Shown: positions 30,346-42,559 of the stretch, one piece after another
Position numbering within the stretch: position 1 is the first letter of the stretch
How the letters are laid out: each line of letters opens with the position of its first letter
Source of the DNA: Eledone cirrhosa
Taxonomy: Eukaryota
DNA length: 64,000 nt
Assembly: GCA_964016885.1 (NCBI GenBank)
Contig: OZ024750.1
Coordinates: 27,342,001 to 27,406,000 of the forward strand
Reading direction: 5' to 3'
Position numbers and translations under genes: made by a program
Notes under the pieces: model-generated
The model's database searches: none
The model's input: the letters and a program-made list of their open reading frames with translations, nothing else
What the model was told of the DNA's origin: nothing

Positions 30346-30351
30346 TTTATT
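30346..30351 (-). promoter_or_regulatory. Polyadenylation signal AATAAA of the Tx1 element
   Basis: tttatt on the plus strand, 3 nt inside the 3' terminus. Confidence 0.65.
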
Positions 30352-30556
30352 TACCATAAAGGCATAAAAAGAAGGGACAAATACAAAGGGGGAGTTTACA
30401 TATAATCGAGTAAAAAGGGTGTAACATGAAAATAATCGAAAATAACCTCAAAAGGGAGGGGACGTGATGGGGGTTGCACACACCCCCGAAAAAGTGTGCA
30501 ATCCTTTGCCCGGGGAGCACATGGAGAAGGTGTTCCCCTCTCCTTTACTTCTTTAC

Positions 30557-33500
30557 CTACAGGATGGTATACAGAGAAGGCCCATTTACACGAGCCATTC
30601 TCGCCACTATCACCCACCTTTCATAAAACTGCCTGTGGCCAAGCACCTCTCTCTCCATTCTTATCCTTCTTCCGAAGTGATATCGGAAGAAGTAGACCAG
30701 ACTATGGCCAGAGAGGAAGTTGCCTGACCTCAGACCTTTCAATCGTGTCCACCAAACAACCTCTTTCAACATGGCTATTACGCACAGAAAAACCGCCTTT
30801 GCTTCCTTTGTGAAGAGGGGAGGCGGTTTGATTGTCATCACGGACTCGGCGGTCAATTTAATCGGCGCCACCCGCGACAGCAGTTGTTCGGCGTAGCCCC
30901 ACAGATCAGCCACGCCCGGACATTGCACCAATGCGTGCGCCACGGTTTCTTCGTGACGCACGCATCTAGGGCAAATCTTTTTTGAGGGATCCCTGCCCGG
31001 GCGCCCGTGTCTGTAGAGCCTCTCTCGAACGGGTAGAGCCCCTCGGTAGCACTGCCAGGCCAGTGACTTCTGGAAGTTGTCCATTGGTCCTGGGCCGAAA
31101 GTCCTACCGAACAGGCTGGCCAGTTCGTCTTCTTCCATGTCCAGCGACTCTCCAAGGGTGTCATCGCCCCTGCTAGCCACCAGCCCTCTATAGAATGATG
31201 AGGTGGATTCTCCACCGATGGCCCGGCCCGCTTGCCAGAGAGCCCTGAGCGCCTGAGCACACTCAGTGTGCCAGTCTCCCAGTTTTCCGGATCTTTGCTT
31301 GACCCAGGACTGTAGCTCGGTGAGTGAGACGAGTCTCGGAAAGGCTCGTTTCACGAACGGAGCCCACACCGGTTGACCAGTGAGGAATACCTGTAGGTGC
31401 CGTAGCCTTAATGCGTGCCTACGCATCATCAACCACGGCATCCCCAGCCCTCCTTTCGAAGGTTGTTGGCAGCAGATGGATCTTCTCACCATAGGAGGAC
31501 GCTTCTTCCAAAGAAATTGGAAGAGCATGCGTTCCATGGTGGTGAGTGTTTCCTTAGGGCAAGGCACGACAGTCAGGCGGTAGTAAGTGACGGACGCTAT
31601 GTAAATGTTCGCCACCTCCGCCCGGCCTTTTAGGGACAGCTTACACTTGGCCCATTTCTGGGTTAGTGCAAACACCTTGTTCGTAACCTCGTTCCAGTTC
31701 TTTTCCACCTGGAGGTCCGGTCCAAACCAGACCCCAAGCAACTTTACCGGGCCCTCCGTCCAGTGTCCGACGACACTGTCAGGAGGCATCGGTTTGCCTC
31801 TCCACGTTCCGAGTTGCAGCCCGATGGATTTTTCCCGGTTCAGTTTCGCTCCTGACAACCTTTCGTACTCCTCCAGTAAGGTACCGATCGCCTCGATCTC
31901 CGAGTCGGTTGATACCATTACTGTTACGTCATCGGCGTAGGCCGACACCGCTTTGCTCAATCCTGGTTCCAGGGGGATACCCTGCAACAACTCCAACTTC
32001 CTCAGTAAAGGCTCGAGAGTCAATACGTACAGAAGGGAGGAGAGAGGGCACCCCTGTCGAATGGATCGTGTGATTTCGAACGGCTTCGAAAGGTAGCCGT
32101 TCACCTTGATCCCAGAACAGATGTGGTTGCTATGTAGGGCAGTGATCCAGCCTCTGAAAACAGGACCGAACCCAGCCGCCGCTAGCACCGCATTCAGGTA
32201 ACCATGGTCGACCCTATCGAAGGCCTTAGACTGATCCAAGTTGATCAGGGCCCCACCGAAGCCGGGTTTGTTGCCAACCCTCTCTATGATGTATCGCATG
32301 AGGTGGAGGTTATCGTGAATGGACCTGGATGGGATAGCACATGTCTGCGCATCTCCCACCAGGCCACCCACGACAAGCGCCAACCTCTTTGCTAACACCT
32401 TGGCCAAAATCTTTAACTCTGTGTTTAGCAGGGTTATGGGCCGAAAATTATTTATACTATCCCCCTTGTTCTCGTCCTTCCTCACCAGCGTGACTACGCC
32501 CTTGGCTACAGAACAAGGAATTCTCCCGTTCTGCTGCCAATTGCAGTAGACCGCTTCGAGGAGTTCGGAGAAGAAGACCGGCATTGCTAAATAAAGTTCG
32601 TAAGGTATACCATCGAGACCTGGAGATTTGCGTCTGCTGCATTGGCTCAGCGCATCTCCGATCTCATCAGCCGAGATTGGTCCCTCGCAGGACTCTGCCT
32701 CTTTGTTCGAGAGACGCGGCAGGCCGTCGAGGTATGGACCGAAATCCACGCCCCGGCCCGGACCCTCGCCTCCCCCGAACAATCGGGCAAAGTGCTTTTG
32801 AAAGGCCTCGCACATCTGCTTAGGCTCCCGGATCACTCGTCCATCTTCGTCTTGCAACGACCGGATGGTGGATCGATTTCCACTTTTAGCTTCTGTCACG
32901 CGGGCCCATCCAACGGCTTTGGCCCCCTCATTACCTAGAGCACGTATTTTACTTCGAATGACGCAGCCTTCATGCTTTGCATCGAAAAACTGGTTCAAGG
33001 CCGTCCTCGATGCCAGCACTCTGGCCACATCTTCGCTCTTGATTGCCTCTTCTAATTTACCTGTTAATTCTTTCTCGTTTCTATTCCTATTGGCAGCTAA
33101 CATCTTGCTATAACTTATTGATTCTGTTCTAATCTCTCTTTTGAGAGATGCCCACCATCGGTTGTTGACGATTGCACCCGTCAACCTCTCCTTAACTAAT
33201 CTGCTAATCCGGTTTCTGTAAGTCTCTTTTGCCGGTAAAGACAAATTAAGTTTCCAGTAACCGGGACCCTGTCTATGTGTTTTCTCGAGATTGACCACGC
33301 AGGTCACTAATTTGTGATCCGTGTAGCCAACCGTGCGCATTTCTGGACAGCTTAATATGTCCCTATCCTTACTTCTAACTAAGAATCTATCTAAGTACGA
33401 TCTAGATTGACCACTGTGGTTTCTCCAAGTCCAGGTAGGCACAGTTGGAAAATCTAGTCGATATCTATCGACCAAGTTAAAACGGTCGAGTAACCCCTTG

Positions 33501-33994
33501 AGGCTGTTACACCCCCCTCTATTAGGACATGCTCCTGCATAGTCCCAACGTGCATCTAGGATGTCATTCCAATCCCCCGCTAGAAGCAGGGAACGCGACG
33601 TTCCCAGAAAAGTCTCCAAACGCTGGAAGAAGTCGGGCCGTTCAGCTCCGAAAGGGGAGTAGACGGCGACCAGTCTCAAGGCCGCACTTTCACTACTGCC
33701 AACGTCTAGCACCAACAAACGACCCTCCGGGTCCGAGTGCACAACCTGTACGGCAAGACCCAGGTGTTTTTGCAGCAGCACGACAACCCCACCCCCACCT
33801 CCAGGTTGACAGAGAGATGCATGCACCTCAAAGTCATCGAAGGTGGGGGCCAGCTGCCGCATGACGCTGATTCGAGTCTCACAGATAACCATTACATTTA
33901 TACTACATGACCTGAGGTCATTTAGAAGCTTTGCTTGCTTCCAAGTTGAGCCCAGGCCACGTGCATTCAAACATCCTACTCTTAACACATCCAT
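30557..33994 (-). CDS. ORF2: AP-like endonuclease + reverse transcriptase + C-terminal Cys/His motif, 1145 aa
   Basis: APE motifs LNARGL, ICETR, LAGDWN, SYLDRF, TDHK; Tx1/L1 linker GPGYWKLN; RT motifs KSPGLDG, RPITLLN, LDQSKAFDRV, IRQGCPLS, AYADDV; GGLG motif; CPRC..ETVAHALVQC. Confidence 0.97.
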   Translation of the reverse strand: MDVLRVGCLNARGLGSTWKQAKLLNDLRSCSINVMVICETRISVMRQLAPTFDDFEVHASLCQPGGGGGVVVLLQKHLGLAVQVVHSDPEGRLLVLDVGSSESAALRLVAVYSPFGAERPDFFQRLETFLGTSRSLLLAGDWNDILDARWDYAGACPNRGGCNSLKGLLDRFNLVDRYRLDFPTVPTWTWRNHSGQSRSYLDRFLVRSKDRDILSCPEMRTVGYTDHKLVTCVVNLEKTHRQGPGYWKLNLSLPAKETYRNRISRLVKERLTGAIVNNRWWASLKREIRTESISYSKMLAANRNRNEKELTGKLEEAIKSEDVARVLASRTALNQFFDAKHEGCVIRSKIRALGNEGAKAVGWARVTEAKSGNRSTIRSLQDEDGRVIREPKQMCEAFQKHFARLFGGGEGPGRGVDFGPYLDGLPRLSNKEAESCEGPISADEIGDALSQCSRRKSPGLDGIPYELYLAMPVFFSELLEAVYCNWQQNGRIPCSVAKGVVTLVRKDENKGDSINNFRPITLLNTELKILAKVLAKRLALVVGGLVGDAQTCAIPSRSIHDNLHLMRYIIERVGNKPGFGGALINLDQSKAFDRVDHGYLNAVLAAAGFGPVFRGWITALHSNHICSGIKVNGYLSKPFEITRSIRQGCPLSSLLYVLTLEPLLRKLELLQGIPLEPGLSKAVSAYADDVTVMVSTDSEIEAIGTLLEEYERLSGAKLNREKSIGLQLGTWRGKPMPPDSVVGHWTEGPVKLLGVWFGPDLQVEKNWNEVTNKVFALTQKWAKCKLSLKGRAEVANIYIASVTYYRLTVVPCPKETLTTMERMLFQFLWKKRPPMVRRSICCQQPSKGGLGMPWLMMRRHALRLRHLQVFLTGQPVWAPFVKRAFPRLVSLTELQSWVKQRSGKLGDWHTECAQALRALWQAGRAIGGESTSSFYRGLVASRGDDTLGESLDMEEDELASLFGRTFGPGPMDNFQKSLAWQCYRGALPVRERLYRHGRPGRDPSKKICPRCVRHEETVAHALVQCPGVADLWGYAEQLLSRVAPIKLTAESVMTIKPPPLFTKEAKAVFLCVIAMLKEVVWWTRLKGLRSGNFLSGHSLVYFFRYHFGRRIRMEREVLGHRQFYERWVIVARMARVNGPSLYTIL

Positions 33995-34027
33995 GTGGGC
34001 GGCAGAGCCAAAGGAGAGTGTAGAGAC

Positions 34028-35908
34028 CTACCTTTCCGCTTCCCGGGGTTCGGGTTGCACGACTTCCATGGGGTCGGGGGTGTTGGGTGAAGGGGTGTCT
34101 TGTGGTGGTGTGGGGTCGTCGGTGTGTGGTGGGGTTGGGGTGTTTGGAGTTGTGTTGGGGAGGGGAAGGGGAGGGGGAAAGCTTTTTAGTAGGACGCGGT
34201 TTATGGGTTTGACAGAGGGTGGTCCTACGTCCTCCTTAAAATCCTTTTTTAGTTTTTGGTAGAGGTTCATTGGGATTTTTATTAGTTTTAAATGTGGGTG
34301 GTTTTCTGATGAAACAAAGTTTACACCTTCGGTTTGTACCGAAGGATTATTGTATATGAGTTCATTTAATTTATTATTGTTTCTGTTGATGTAAGTATAG
34401 TGTAATGTCTTTTTTTCCGATGGTGTGAGTGTTTCGAAGAGGGGAGGGGCAGGTTTGGTTTTGTTTGTTGCTGGAGGGGTGTTTTCTGTTTTGTTAGATT
34501 GTGTTGCGATTTGGGTGGGGGTTGTTTGTCCTTGTGTGTTTTGCACATGTTTTCTTTTTTTCCTTTTAATCTGTCTGAAGGACTCCGTTTCTTCCTCCGA
34601 ATTCGTTGGGTTATCTTCAGTGTTGGAGGGAAGAGGTATGTTTGCTGGTAATGTTTCCGTGTTGGTTTTCTTTGTGGGGGAGATGGATGTCACTATGTTA
34701 GACTGTGTTGTGTGTTGTGTCTGCGGTGGTTGTGTTGTTTTATTGAGTGAGAGGTTGGGTGGGCCTGTATTTTGTTTTGGGGTAATGTGTTGTGACTGTT
34801 TGTGTTGTGGTGGTGTTGTGGTGTTACTGAGGGACGGGTTGGGTGGGACTGAGTTTTGTTGTTTGTTTATCTGTTGTGGTGGTGGTGGTGGAGCTGGTGT
34901 TGGTAGCAGGGTTTTCTTTTTGTTGAGTTGGGGACAAGCGGCCTTCAGGTGCCCTCTGCCTGCACAGATATGGCAGGACGGCCTTCTCCCCTCCACGCTA
35001 ATGTTTATATACCCGTGGTCCTCTAATAGGATTCTGTCGGGTATTTGGGCGATGCGTTCAGGCTTCATTTGTACTACCAGCTCTATACCTGTTCCACTGA
35101 ACGCATTGCCTGTGGTTTTCCCAATGGAAATCACGTTGTCATTCACTGGATCGATGAAGCCAGCTATGAGCCAGCAGTAGTCCACATCTGGCATCATTGC
35201 ATCCAGCCATATGCGTTGAGTTTTTTTCCCCATATAAGATGGATAAAAGGTGAAATTTTTCGAACGAATCGGTGACAAAGCACATTTTTTTGCCGCCGAT
35301 TCGTTCTTCATGATAATTGCTAGGCTTCCATACAGTCTGTCTTTTCTTATGAAAGTTGTTTCATTCAGTACTTCTGCGAGTACTGTTTTGATATCTGCTT
35401 GAGAAGGCTGTTCAGGTTTTTTTGTACTGTTGTTGATGGTCCGAAACTTGACCGTTCGGCTTTCAATGTCTTTCGTGAATTCTTGAGGCATTTTTACCAA
35501 TAAAATACCATTCTCACCTTCACTTATGTATTGTTTTGCGTCCGTGATCCTTCGTACCACATCTGAAATGTTTTCCGCTATATAAGTCAAAGATTTCTTT
35601 GTTTTCTGTGCAAAAGAAATCTTGTCGTCTGCTTTGTTTTCTGATATTATGTTATTTTCAACTGTTATTTTTTTGTTTGTTGTGTCTTTGTTTGTGTTAT
35701 TAGTATTGTCATGCAATTTTTCAAATTTTTTTTTTTCGTTGTTTTCGTCATTTAATTTTTTTTCCTCCGCAGATTCGTCCGTTTTTATTTTCATTTTTCC
35801 TTCCTTCTCTATGACGTTAGTTGGGAAGGAAGGGAGGACTAAAGCGTGCGAGCTTACAACTCTTACCGCTGTCCCCCCACCACTATTTTCGTTCGCTGCG
35901 TTTAACAT
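34028..35908 (-). CDS. ORF1: gag-like nucleic-acid-binding protein with CCHC zinc knuckle, 626 aa
   Basis: CHICAGRGHLKAAC fits CX2CX4HX4C, followed by a Pro/Gln/Thr-rich region. Lies directly upstream of ORF2 on the same strand. Confidence 0.9.
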   Translation of the reverse strand: MLNAANENSGGGTAVRVVSSHALVLPSFPTNVIEKEGKMKIKTDESAEEKKLNDENNEKKKFEKLHDNTNNTNKDTTNKKITVENNIISENKADDKISFAQKTKKSLTYIAENISDVVRRITDAKQYISEGENGILLVKMPQEFTKDIESRTVKFRTINNSTKKPEQPSQADIKTVLAEVLNETTFIRKDRLYGSLAIIMKNESAAKKCALSPIRSKNFTFYPSYMGKKTQRIWLDAMMPDVDYCWLIAGFIDPVNDNVISIGKTTGNAFSGTGIELVVQMKPERIAQIPDRILLEDHGYINISVEGRRPSCHICAGRGHLKAACPQLNKKKTLLPTPAPPPPPQQINKQQNSVPPNPSLSNTTTPPQHKQSQHITPKQNTGPPNLSLNKTTQPPQTQHTTQSNIVTSISPTKKTNTETLPANIPLPSNTEDNPTNSEEETESFRQIKRKKRKHVQNTQGQTTPTQIATQSNKTENTPPATNKTKPAPPLFETLTPSEKKTLHYTYINRNNNKLNELIYNNPSVQTEGVNFVSSENHPHLKLIKIPMNLYQKLKKDFKEDVGPPSVKPINRVLLKSFPPPLPLPNTTPNTPTPPHTDDPTPPQDTPSPNTPDPMEVVQPEPREAER

Positions 35909-36132
35909 TTCTGTTAGACGATTGAAATTTTTTACACAAAATTTTTTAAAACAGGTTTTTCACCTCTAGGAGGGGTAAAGATGAGCTGACCCACCGCCTG
36001 ACAGTTCAGACGGAGGGTCAAGCTACACAATTGTATCAAAATTAAGTTTGAACTCACAAAATTTCCTCAATAAATTTGAACAAAACTTCTGTGCGAAGTG
36101 AATGACATCCACACTGTAGAACAGACGACAGC

Positions 36133-36137
36133 TAGAT

Positions 36138-36188
<51 letters not shown>
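36133..36188. repeat. (GATA)n tract at the 5' junction of the Tx1 element
   Basis: tagattagatagatag... about 13 units, same orientation as the left tract. Confidence 0.95.
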
Positions 36189-36406
36189 CCGCATACACAC
36201 ATAAATACATACATACACACAGTCAGACATAATTGTATGGAGACAGAGAAAGAGAAAAGAGAGGAGATTGACGGTCACTAAGATTAGTCGAAGTGAAATC
36301 AAAAGCAGAAAAGGACTGAAGAAAATAAAAAATAAATTACTCAGTGGAGTGATGATAACATTCTAACTGTAAACTAATAGTCCAGAATATTCGTAGCAGT
36401 TGTTAG

Positions 36407-36445
<39 letters not shown>

Positions 36446-36448
36446 TAT

Positions 36449-37075
36449 ACTAGCCGAATTACCCGCGCGTTGCGGCGTTTCACACATTTCTTTTGTAAGA
36501 AAATGATGATTGATTTTAAATCAGTGATATAATTTATGAAGAAAAACTCTGCATTTCAATATTACTCAGTGTAAAATATAATGCATGAGAAATTTAGAAA
36601 GCATTATTTTTTGAGTTCAAACCCCGCCGAGGTCAACTTTGCCTTTCATCCTTACGGGGTCGATAAAATAAAGTACCAGTAATGTACTGAGTAATTTGCT
36701 GGCCTTGTGCCAAAAGTAGAAACAATTATTTTTTTGTATTATATCAAATCAAAATTACATCATTAAATCTTATTCTTATTTTGTTTCTTGTAAATAATTT
36801 TTTTCAAAATATCAATTCAAAACTTGATCATTTCATTTTTGTGTAAAGCATTATTTTCAAATTAGAAATTCAAAGTTCCAATTCTCAAGTTATGGGCTTC
36901 CAAAATGTTCACTATAGAGGGTTTAAACCCCATTAGGGTGTCTTAATATTATTGAAGTTTACTGAAATTTTGTGAATAGGCATCATATCTTATCATTTGC
37001 CTATGGCTGAAATTTCATATAAATCAGAGGGAAACATTTTCAGCAGGGGTTATATCTATTTATACATAGTATATA
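36449..37075 (+). mobile_element. Possible non-autonomous Helitron-like element
   Basis: Start actagccgaattacccgcgcgttgcggcg resembles Lep1/HINE-type 5' ends; 3' end uncertain. Confidence 0.35.
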
Positions 37076-37081
37076 TTATAT

Positions 37082-37770
37082 TTGGCAGTATCGGTAGAGT
37101 GTCGGACGCCATGCTTTGTAAGCATAGAATTACGGCCCTTGCCATTCTGAGTTCAAATCCCGCCGAGGTTAACTTTGCCTTTCATCCTTACGGGGTCGAT
37201 AAAATAAAGTACCAGTAATACACTGGGAAAATTGCTGGCCTTGTGCCAAAAGTAGAAACAATTATTACTATATATAACAATTACATAAAACAATAAAATC
37301 ATTGTTTCTACTTTTGGCACAAGGCCAGCAATTAACCAGTGTATTACTGGTACTTTATTTTATCGACCCCGTAAGGATGAAAGGCAAAGTTAACCTCAGC
37401 GAGATTTGAACTCGGAAATGGCAAGGGCCGTAACTCAATGCGTCAAAGCATGGCGTCCGACCCTCTACCGATACTGCCAAACAATAAAATAATTGTTTCT
37501 ACTTTAGGCACAAGGCCAGCAATTACCCAGTGCATTACTGGTACTTTATTTTATCGACCCCGTAAGGATGAAAGGCAAAGTCAACCTCGGCGGGATTTGA
37601 ACTCAGATCGTAAAGGGACATAACTATGCTGGAAAGCATGGCGTCCGACCCTCTACCGATACTGCCAATCCAATCAATAAAATAATGATTCCTCTGAAGG
37701 GAGGGGAAGTCGATTAAATCGACCATAGTGTGTTACTGGTGCTTTATTTTATTGATCCCATAAGGATGAA
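37082..37770. mobile_element. SINE cluster (one plus copy, two minus copies, one fragment)
   Basis: 37082-37265 (+), 37297-37480 (-), 37487-37672 (-). Other dispersed copies at 36612-36732, 39338-39545, 40008-40192, 50418-50570, 53660-53810 and 59910-60110. Confidence 0.85.
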
Positions 37771-39543
37771 ATATGATTCATGATTTTCTATGCGGAAACA
37801 TTTGTTTGAAACAAAATATAAATAGTTTCACAAAATAATAATTAATATTATGTTTATGAGTGCCTTTGTTTTTACGCCAATTCTATCATGATTGCGCGGG
37901 CTGGAAGAAGCCGGTGCTTTTCCCAGTTCTTTTAAGCATTAAGGGAGTGAGTGTACAAGTCTGCCACAGGGGTAAACCCCAGCTGGTACTGGTATGAATT
38001 TTCAACTGAGTGAACTGGAACAACAAGAAATAAATAACGTGCTCCAAGACCCAATGTACCCAAATGTCTGGGAATCAATACTATGACTATGATTATAATG
38101 TAGGTTTACAACGTGATATAGTGGGAGGCTATCGAATCACCTCGGTTTCACAATATTTGAGGATACGTTTTTGTTAAGCTAGGCGTAAACAAAATACCTT
38201 TTATTTTAGCAGTTATAAGCTGACAAAAACAACGTGAAGGACTTGTAGGAAATACTCTATCACCAATTCTGTCTGGTTTATTTTATGAGATTTAATTTTT
38301 ATTTTATAGATAAGAGATTTTAAGAAATTTGAAGTTCATATCTTTTGTAAAAGTATTGATATAATCCCAGTAAAATGCAAAAAATCAGGGAAAGGAAGTT
38401 ACCTCAACAGGCGTCCGTCTTAAAGTAATTTCAACAGGTGCCCTTAAGTAACTTCAACAGTTGCCCTAAAGTAACTTTAACAGGCGCTCTAACTTTGTAA
38501 AAATAAAGTAACTTAAACAACTGAATTTACAACATTCCGTTGCCGGAGAAAAAATAAATTCGGGAATGATTGAAAGTATATAAAGGAGATACAAGATCAC
38601 ATGTAATCATGATAATGTCGATAATTGGCATAGATATTCTAAACTATGAAAATTCAAAGAGACTTTTTTTTTCTTTAATATTATCAAAGAATTCAAATGG
38701 TAAATTGAGTAGAGATTTACGATTGACAGAATTACCTATACTTAAATAAATATAAAATATAGAATAAAAAGTTTGTTTCAGAACTGCGTAGACAATAAAT
38801 ATCAACCAATTAAATGCAATTTTAATGGTGCAATACGAGCCCCTCGACATTTTTACTTTCTTTGGTTGGAGTTAGCAAACGGTTCTAGTGTGACCTTTAG
38901 ATTCGAATTTCTCGAAACCCCTTTTTTTTATATTTCCCTCGCTCTGTGGTTACAACTAACGACAGCAGAGTGACAAGTAAAAACGAGTTGACAATATCTT
39001 TTAACAAATATAGTCTGGGGTAAATCACAAAATGCCTGTCGTGATAAAAGGTTGCTGTTGCTATAGTGACCTTCAAGCGTGAGTATAAAAATAAAAAATA
39101 AAAAATATATAGCAAAAATTAAAAATAAAATTTAGTCAAATTTCTCAAGTTCGTTTTTTTTTCTGTTTCCCGCCAGAGTGATATATATCAAACACTACGG
39201 AGCTATTATTAAGCAATTTAATATATTATTACAAGATATTTGATTATTATTCTGTTCGCGTGTTTATGAAAAAAACGCCCTTAAGAAAAAGGTAAGTTGC
39301 TGGTAGACCACTCACTGGTTGTAGATATTTCATATATATTGTTTCTACTTTAGGCACAAGGCTAGAAATTTTGAGAGGCGAGGGAAGTCGCTTAAATAGA
39401 CCCCTGTGCATTGCTGGTACTTTATTTTATCGACACAGTAAGGATGAAAGGCAAAGCTAACCTCAGCGGAATTTGAAGGCAGAACGTAACGTGATGCAAC
39501 TATATGCTGCAAAGCATGATTTCTGATGCTCTACCGATTTCTG

Positions 39544-39633
<90 letters not shown>

Positions 39634-40591
39634 GCTTTCCAGATGATTTCCTTCGAATGAAACAATTCTAGTCTTGTAGAAGTCATTTCTATTTTAAATC
39701 TTGTATATACGCTACTATGTATTGAGTACCTTACTTATTGCGGTTATCTCACAGTAAGTATATATACATATACACTATACGACAGACATAGAGAAGAGAT
39801 GAATATCATATATCTCCAATCTCTATTCAAGTACACTCTTCAGAATATTCGCTATTTCTACTATAAACCACTTAATTTTAATATTTTCATATAGTTTTGT
39901 ATTCCATACATTCAATTCCATCATTGTGTGTTTACATGTTTTGCAACCTGATCTACCAGAGACTGGTTTATTTCAACGGACGTCTCATATTAGTAACATT
40001 TTATGTTAAATAATTGTTTCTACTTTTGGCACAAGGCCAGCAATTATCCCAGTGCATTACTGGTACTTTATCTTATCGACCCCGTAAGGATGAAAGGCAA
40101 AGTTAACCTTGGTGGGATTTGAACTCAGACCATAAAGGGGCATAACTCTGTGCTGCAAAGCATGGCGTCCGACCTTCTACCGATACTGCCAAATAGTGAC
40201 GACAAAGGCAAAGTAAGTATGCCTGAGCTGGACAGTGGAGTCAGTTCCTGTTGGCCTACAAAATGGCTCAAATAGTTTGTGTTTACCAACTCCGCTGGCT
40301 ATTGGTGCCGAGGGTCGGTATGCCTGAGCTGGACAGTGTGGTGGGCTCATGTTAGCCTACAAAATGGCGCAAATAGGTTGTGTTTAGCATCCCTGCCGGC
40401 CAAATTCCCTCCCATGCCTCCCTGTCGCGACACTTGCTCCATCTAATTGGGTTGGGTGTGAAAACGAGAGCTGGGCGTTACAACCGATGCAATGCTTAGA
40501 TTGCATCTACTTGTGGATGGGCATTGCTTTTGAAACCAACTGCCCTAAGAAGCACCACTGAAATGAACTTACACCGTGAATTCCTTGGATA

Positions 40592-41260
40592 GAGCCGACT
40601 CAACTCAGCCCAGGTGAACTTCGCCACAAGTACAAGAAAAGTAAATAAGTTAAGGAGGATTCAAGAAATTAAGTAGAAATCTTCGATGGAGCCGGCTCAA
40701 CCCAGCCCAGGTGAACTTCGCCACAAGTACAAGAAAAGTAAATAAGTTAAGGAGGATTCAATAAATTAAGTAGAAATCTTCGATGGAGCCGGCTCAACCC
40801 AGCCCAGGTGAACTTCGCCACAAGTACAAGAAAAGTAAATAAGTTAAGGAGCATTCAAGAAATTAAGTAGAAATCTTCGATGGAGCCGGCTCAACCCAGC
40901 CCAGGTGAACTACGCCACAAGTACAAGAAAAGTAAATAAGTTAAGGAGGATTCAAGAAATTAAGTAGAAATCTTCGATGGAGCCGGCTCAACCCAGCCCA
41001 GGTGAACTTCGCCACAAGTACAAGAAAAGTAAATAAGTTAAGGAGGATTCAAGAAATTAAGTAGAAATCTTCGATGGAGCCGGCTCAACCCAGCCCAGGT
41101 GAACTTCGCCACAAGTACAAGAAAAGTAAATAAGTTAAGGAGGATTCAAGAAATTAAGTAGAAATCTTCGATGGAGCCGGCTCAACCCAGCCCAGGTGAA
41201 CTTCGCCACAAGTACAAGAAAAGTAAATAAGTTAAGGAGGATTCAAGAAATTAAGTCGAA
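40592..41260. repeat. 97-bp tandem repeat, 7 near-identical copies
   Basis: gagcc at 40592, 40689, 40786, 40883, 40980, 41077 and 41174. Confidence 0.95.
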
Positions 41261-41444
41261 ATACATATTTAGCTGACAGAAGAATTTTATTAAATGGTAA
41301 ATTAGTCTTTTATTATTTTATTTCTAATTAGTTATTATGTTCAAAAGAGAAGGAACATTGTATTAATTCCGTCTTCATCAGCTGGCTGTCATCACCATTG
41401 TTCTAGAGTGGCTTTCAATGAGAGACACATACATCATACATACA

Positions 41445-41527
<83 letters not shown>

Positions 41528-41559
41528 TTATTAAATAACTATATGTATTACTATTAAAT

Positions 41560-41679
<120 letters not shown>

Positions 41680-41682
41680 ATG

Positions 41683-41741
<59 letters not shown>

Positions 41742-41748
41742 ATGTATG

Positions 41749-41796
<48 letters not shown>

Positions 41797-41916
41797 GATA
41801 GACATAGAATATTCGAAAATATTCTGTATGTTTATAATAAACATTTTGAAGACCTAATCGCTATAGAATAGAATACGTCACGTATTACAATTAGATTCTC
41901 GATAAAAGCAAGGGAA

Positions 41917-41959
41917 GTAACCTACGCGTTTCATTCTTATTAGAAATCTTCAGGATTAC
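41917..41959 (-). ncRNA. Type I hammerhead ribozyme (family F, inverted unit)
   Basis: Exact reverse complement of the unit 1 ribozyme. Confidence 0.88.
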
Positions 41960-42249
41960 ATATCCAGTGCTTTTATCGAGAATGACACAGCTAGAGACTT
42001 ATAGAATACTTAGCTGTGTACAGGAACTGGTTTGAAAGAGCGGTTGCCAGTCCGGCAGAAATTAGAAATTGGATTAAATGCTCTGAAATAGCGATGTCTA
42101 TCTTCACATATATATCGCTATTTCAGAGCATTTAATCCAATTTCTAATTTCTGCCGGACCGGCAACCGCTCTTTCAAACCAGTTCCTGTACACAGCTAAG
42201 TATTCTATAAGTCTCTAGCTGTGTCATTCTCGATAAAAGCACTGGATAT

Positions 42250-42292
42250 GTAATCCTGAAGATTTCTAATAAGAATGAAACGCGTAGGTTAC
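42250..42292 (+). ncRNA. Type I hammerhead ribozyme (family F, unit 1)
   Basis: gtaatc CTGAAGA t-ttct-aata-agaa-t GAAA cgc GTA ggttac. Stem I gtaatc/ggttac is extended by attctcgataaaagca/tgcttttatcgagaat; palindromic stem III ACGCGT; predicted cut after 42286. Confidence 0.9.
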
Positions 42293-42559
42293 TTCCCTTG
42301 CTTTTATCGAGAATCTAATTGTAATACGTGACGTATTCTATTCTATAGCGATTAGGTCTTCAAAATGTTTATTATAAACATACAGAATATTTTCGAATAT
42401 TCTATGTCTATCTTCACATATATATCGCTATTTCAGAGCATTTAATCCAATTTTTAATTTCTGCCGGACCGGCAACCGCTCTTTCAAACCAGTTCCTGTA
42501 CACAGCTAAGTATTCTATAAGTCTCTAGCTGTGTCATTCTCGATAAAAGCACTGGATAT

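Larger units (their letters stand above)
30343..36132 (-). mobile_element. Full-length Tx1-clade (L1 group) non-LTR retrotransposon inserted in a (GATA)n microsatellite
   Basis: Two intact ORFs (CCHC ORF1; APE-RT-zinc ORF2) separated by 33 nt, with short UTRs. AATAAA lies a few nt from the 3' end. (GATA)n flanks both sides, and the element is markedly GC-richer than its surroundings. Confidence 0.95.

Noticed and set aside
30396-35969. Short antisense and alternative-frame ORFs inside the Tx1 element
   Set aside because: Expected shadows of GC-rich coding sequence.
40400-40480. HDV-like ribozyme
   Set aside because: P1 and P1.1 pairings could not be formed.
40592-41260. CRISPR-like periodicity
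   Set aside because: The whole unit repeats with no unique spacers; eukaryotic context and no cas genes.
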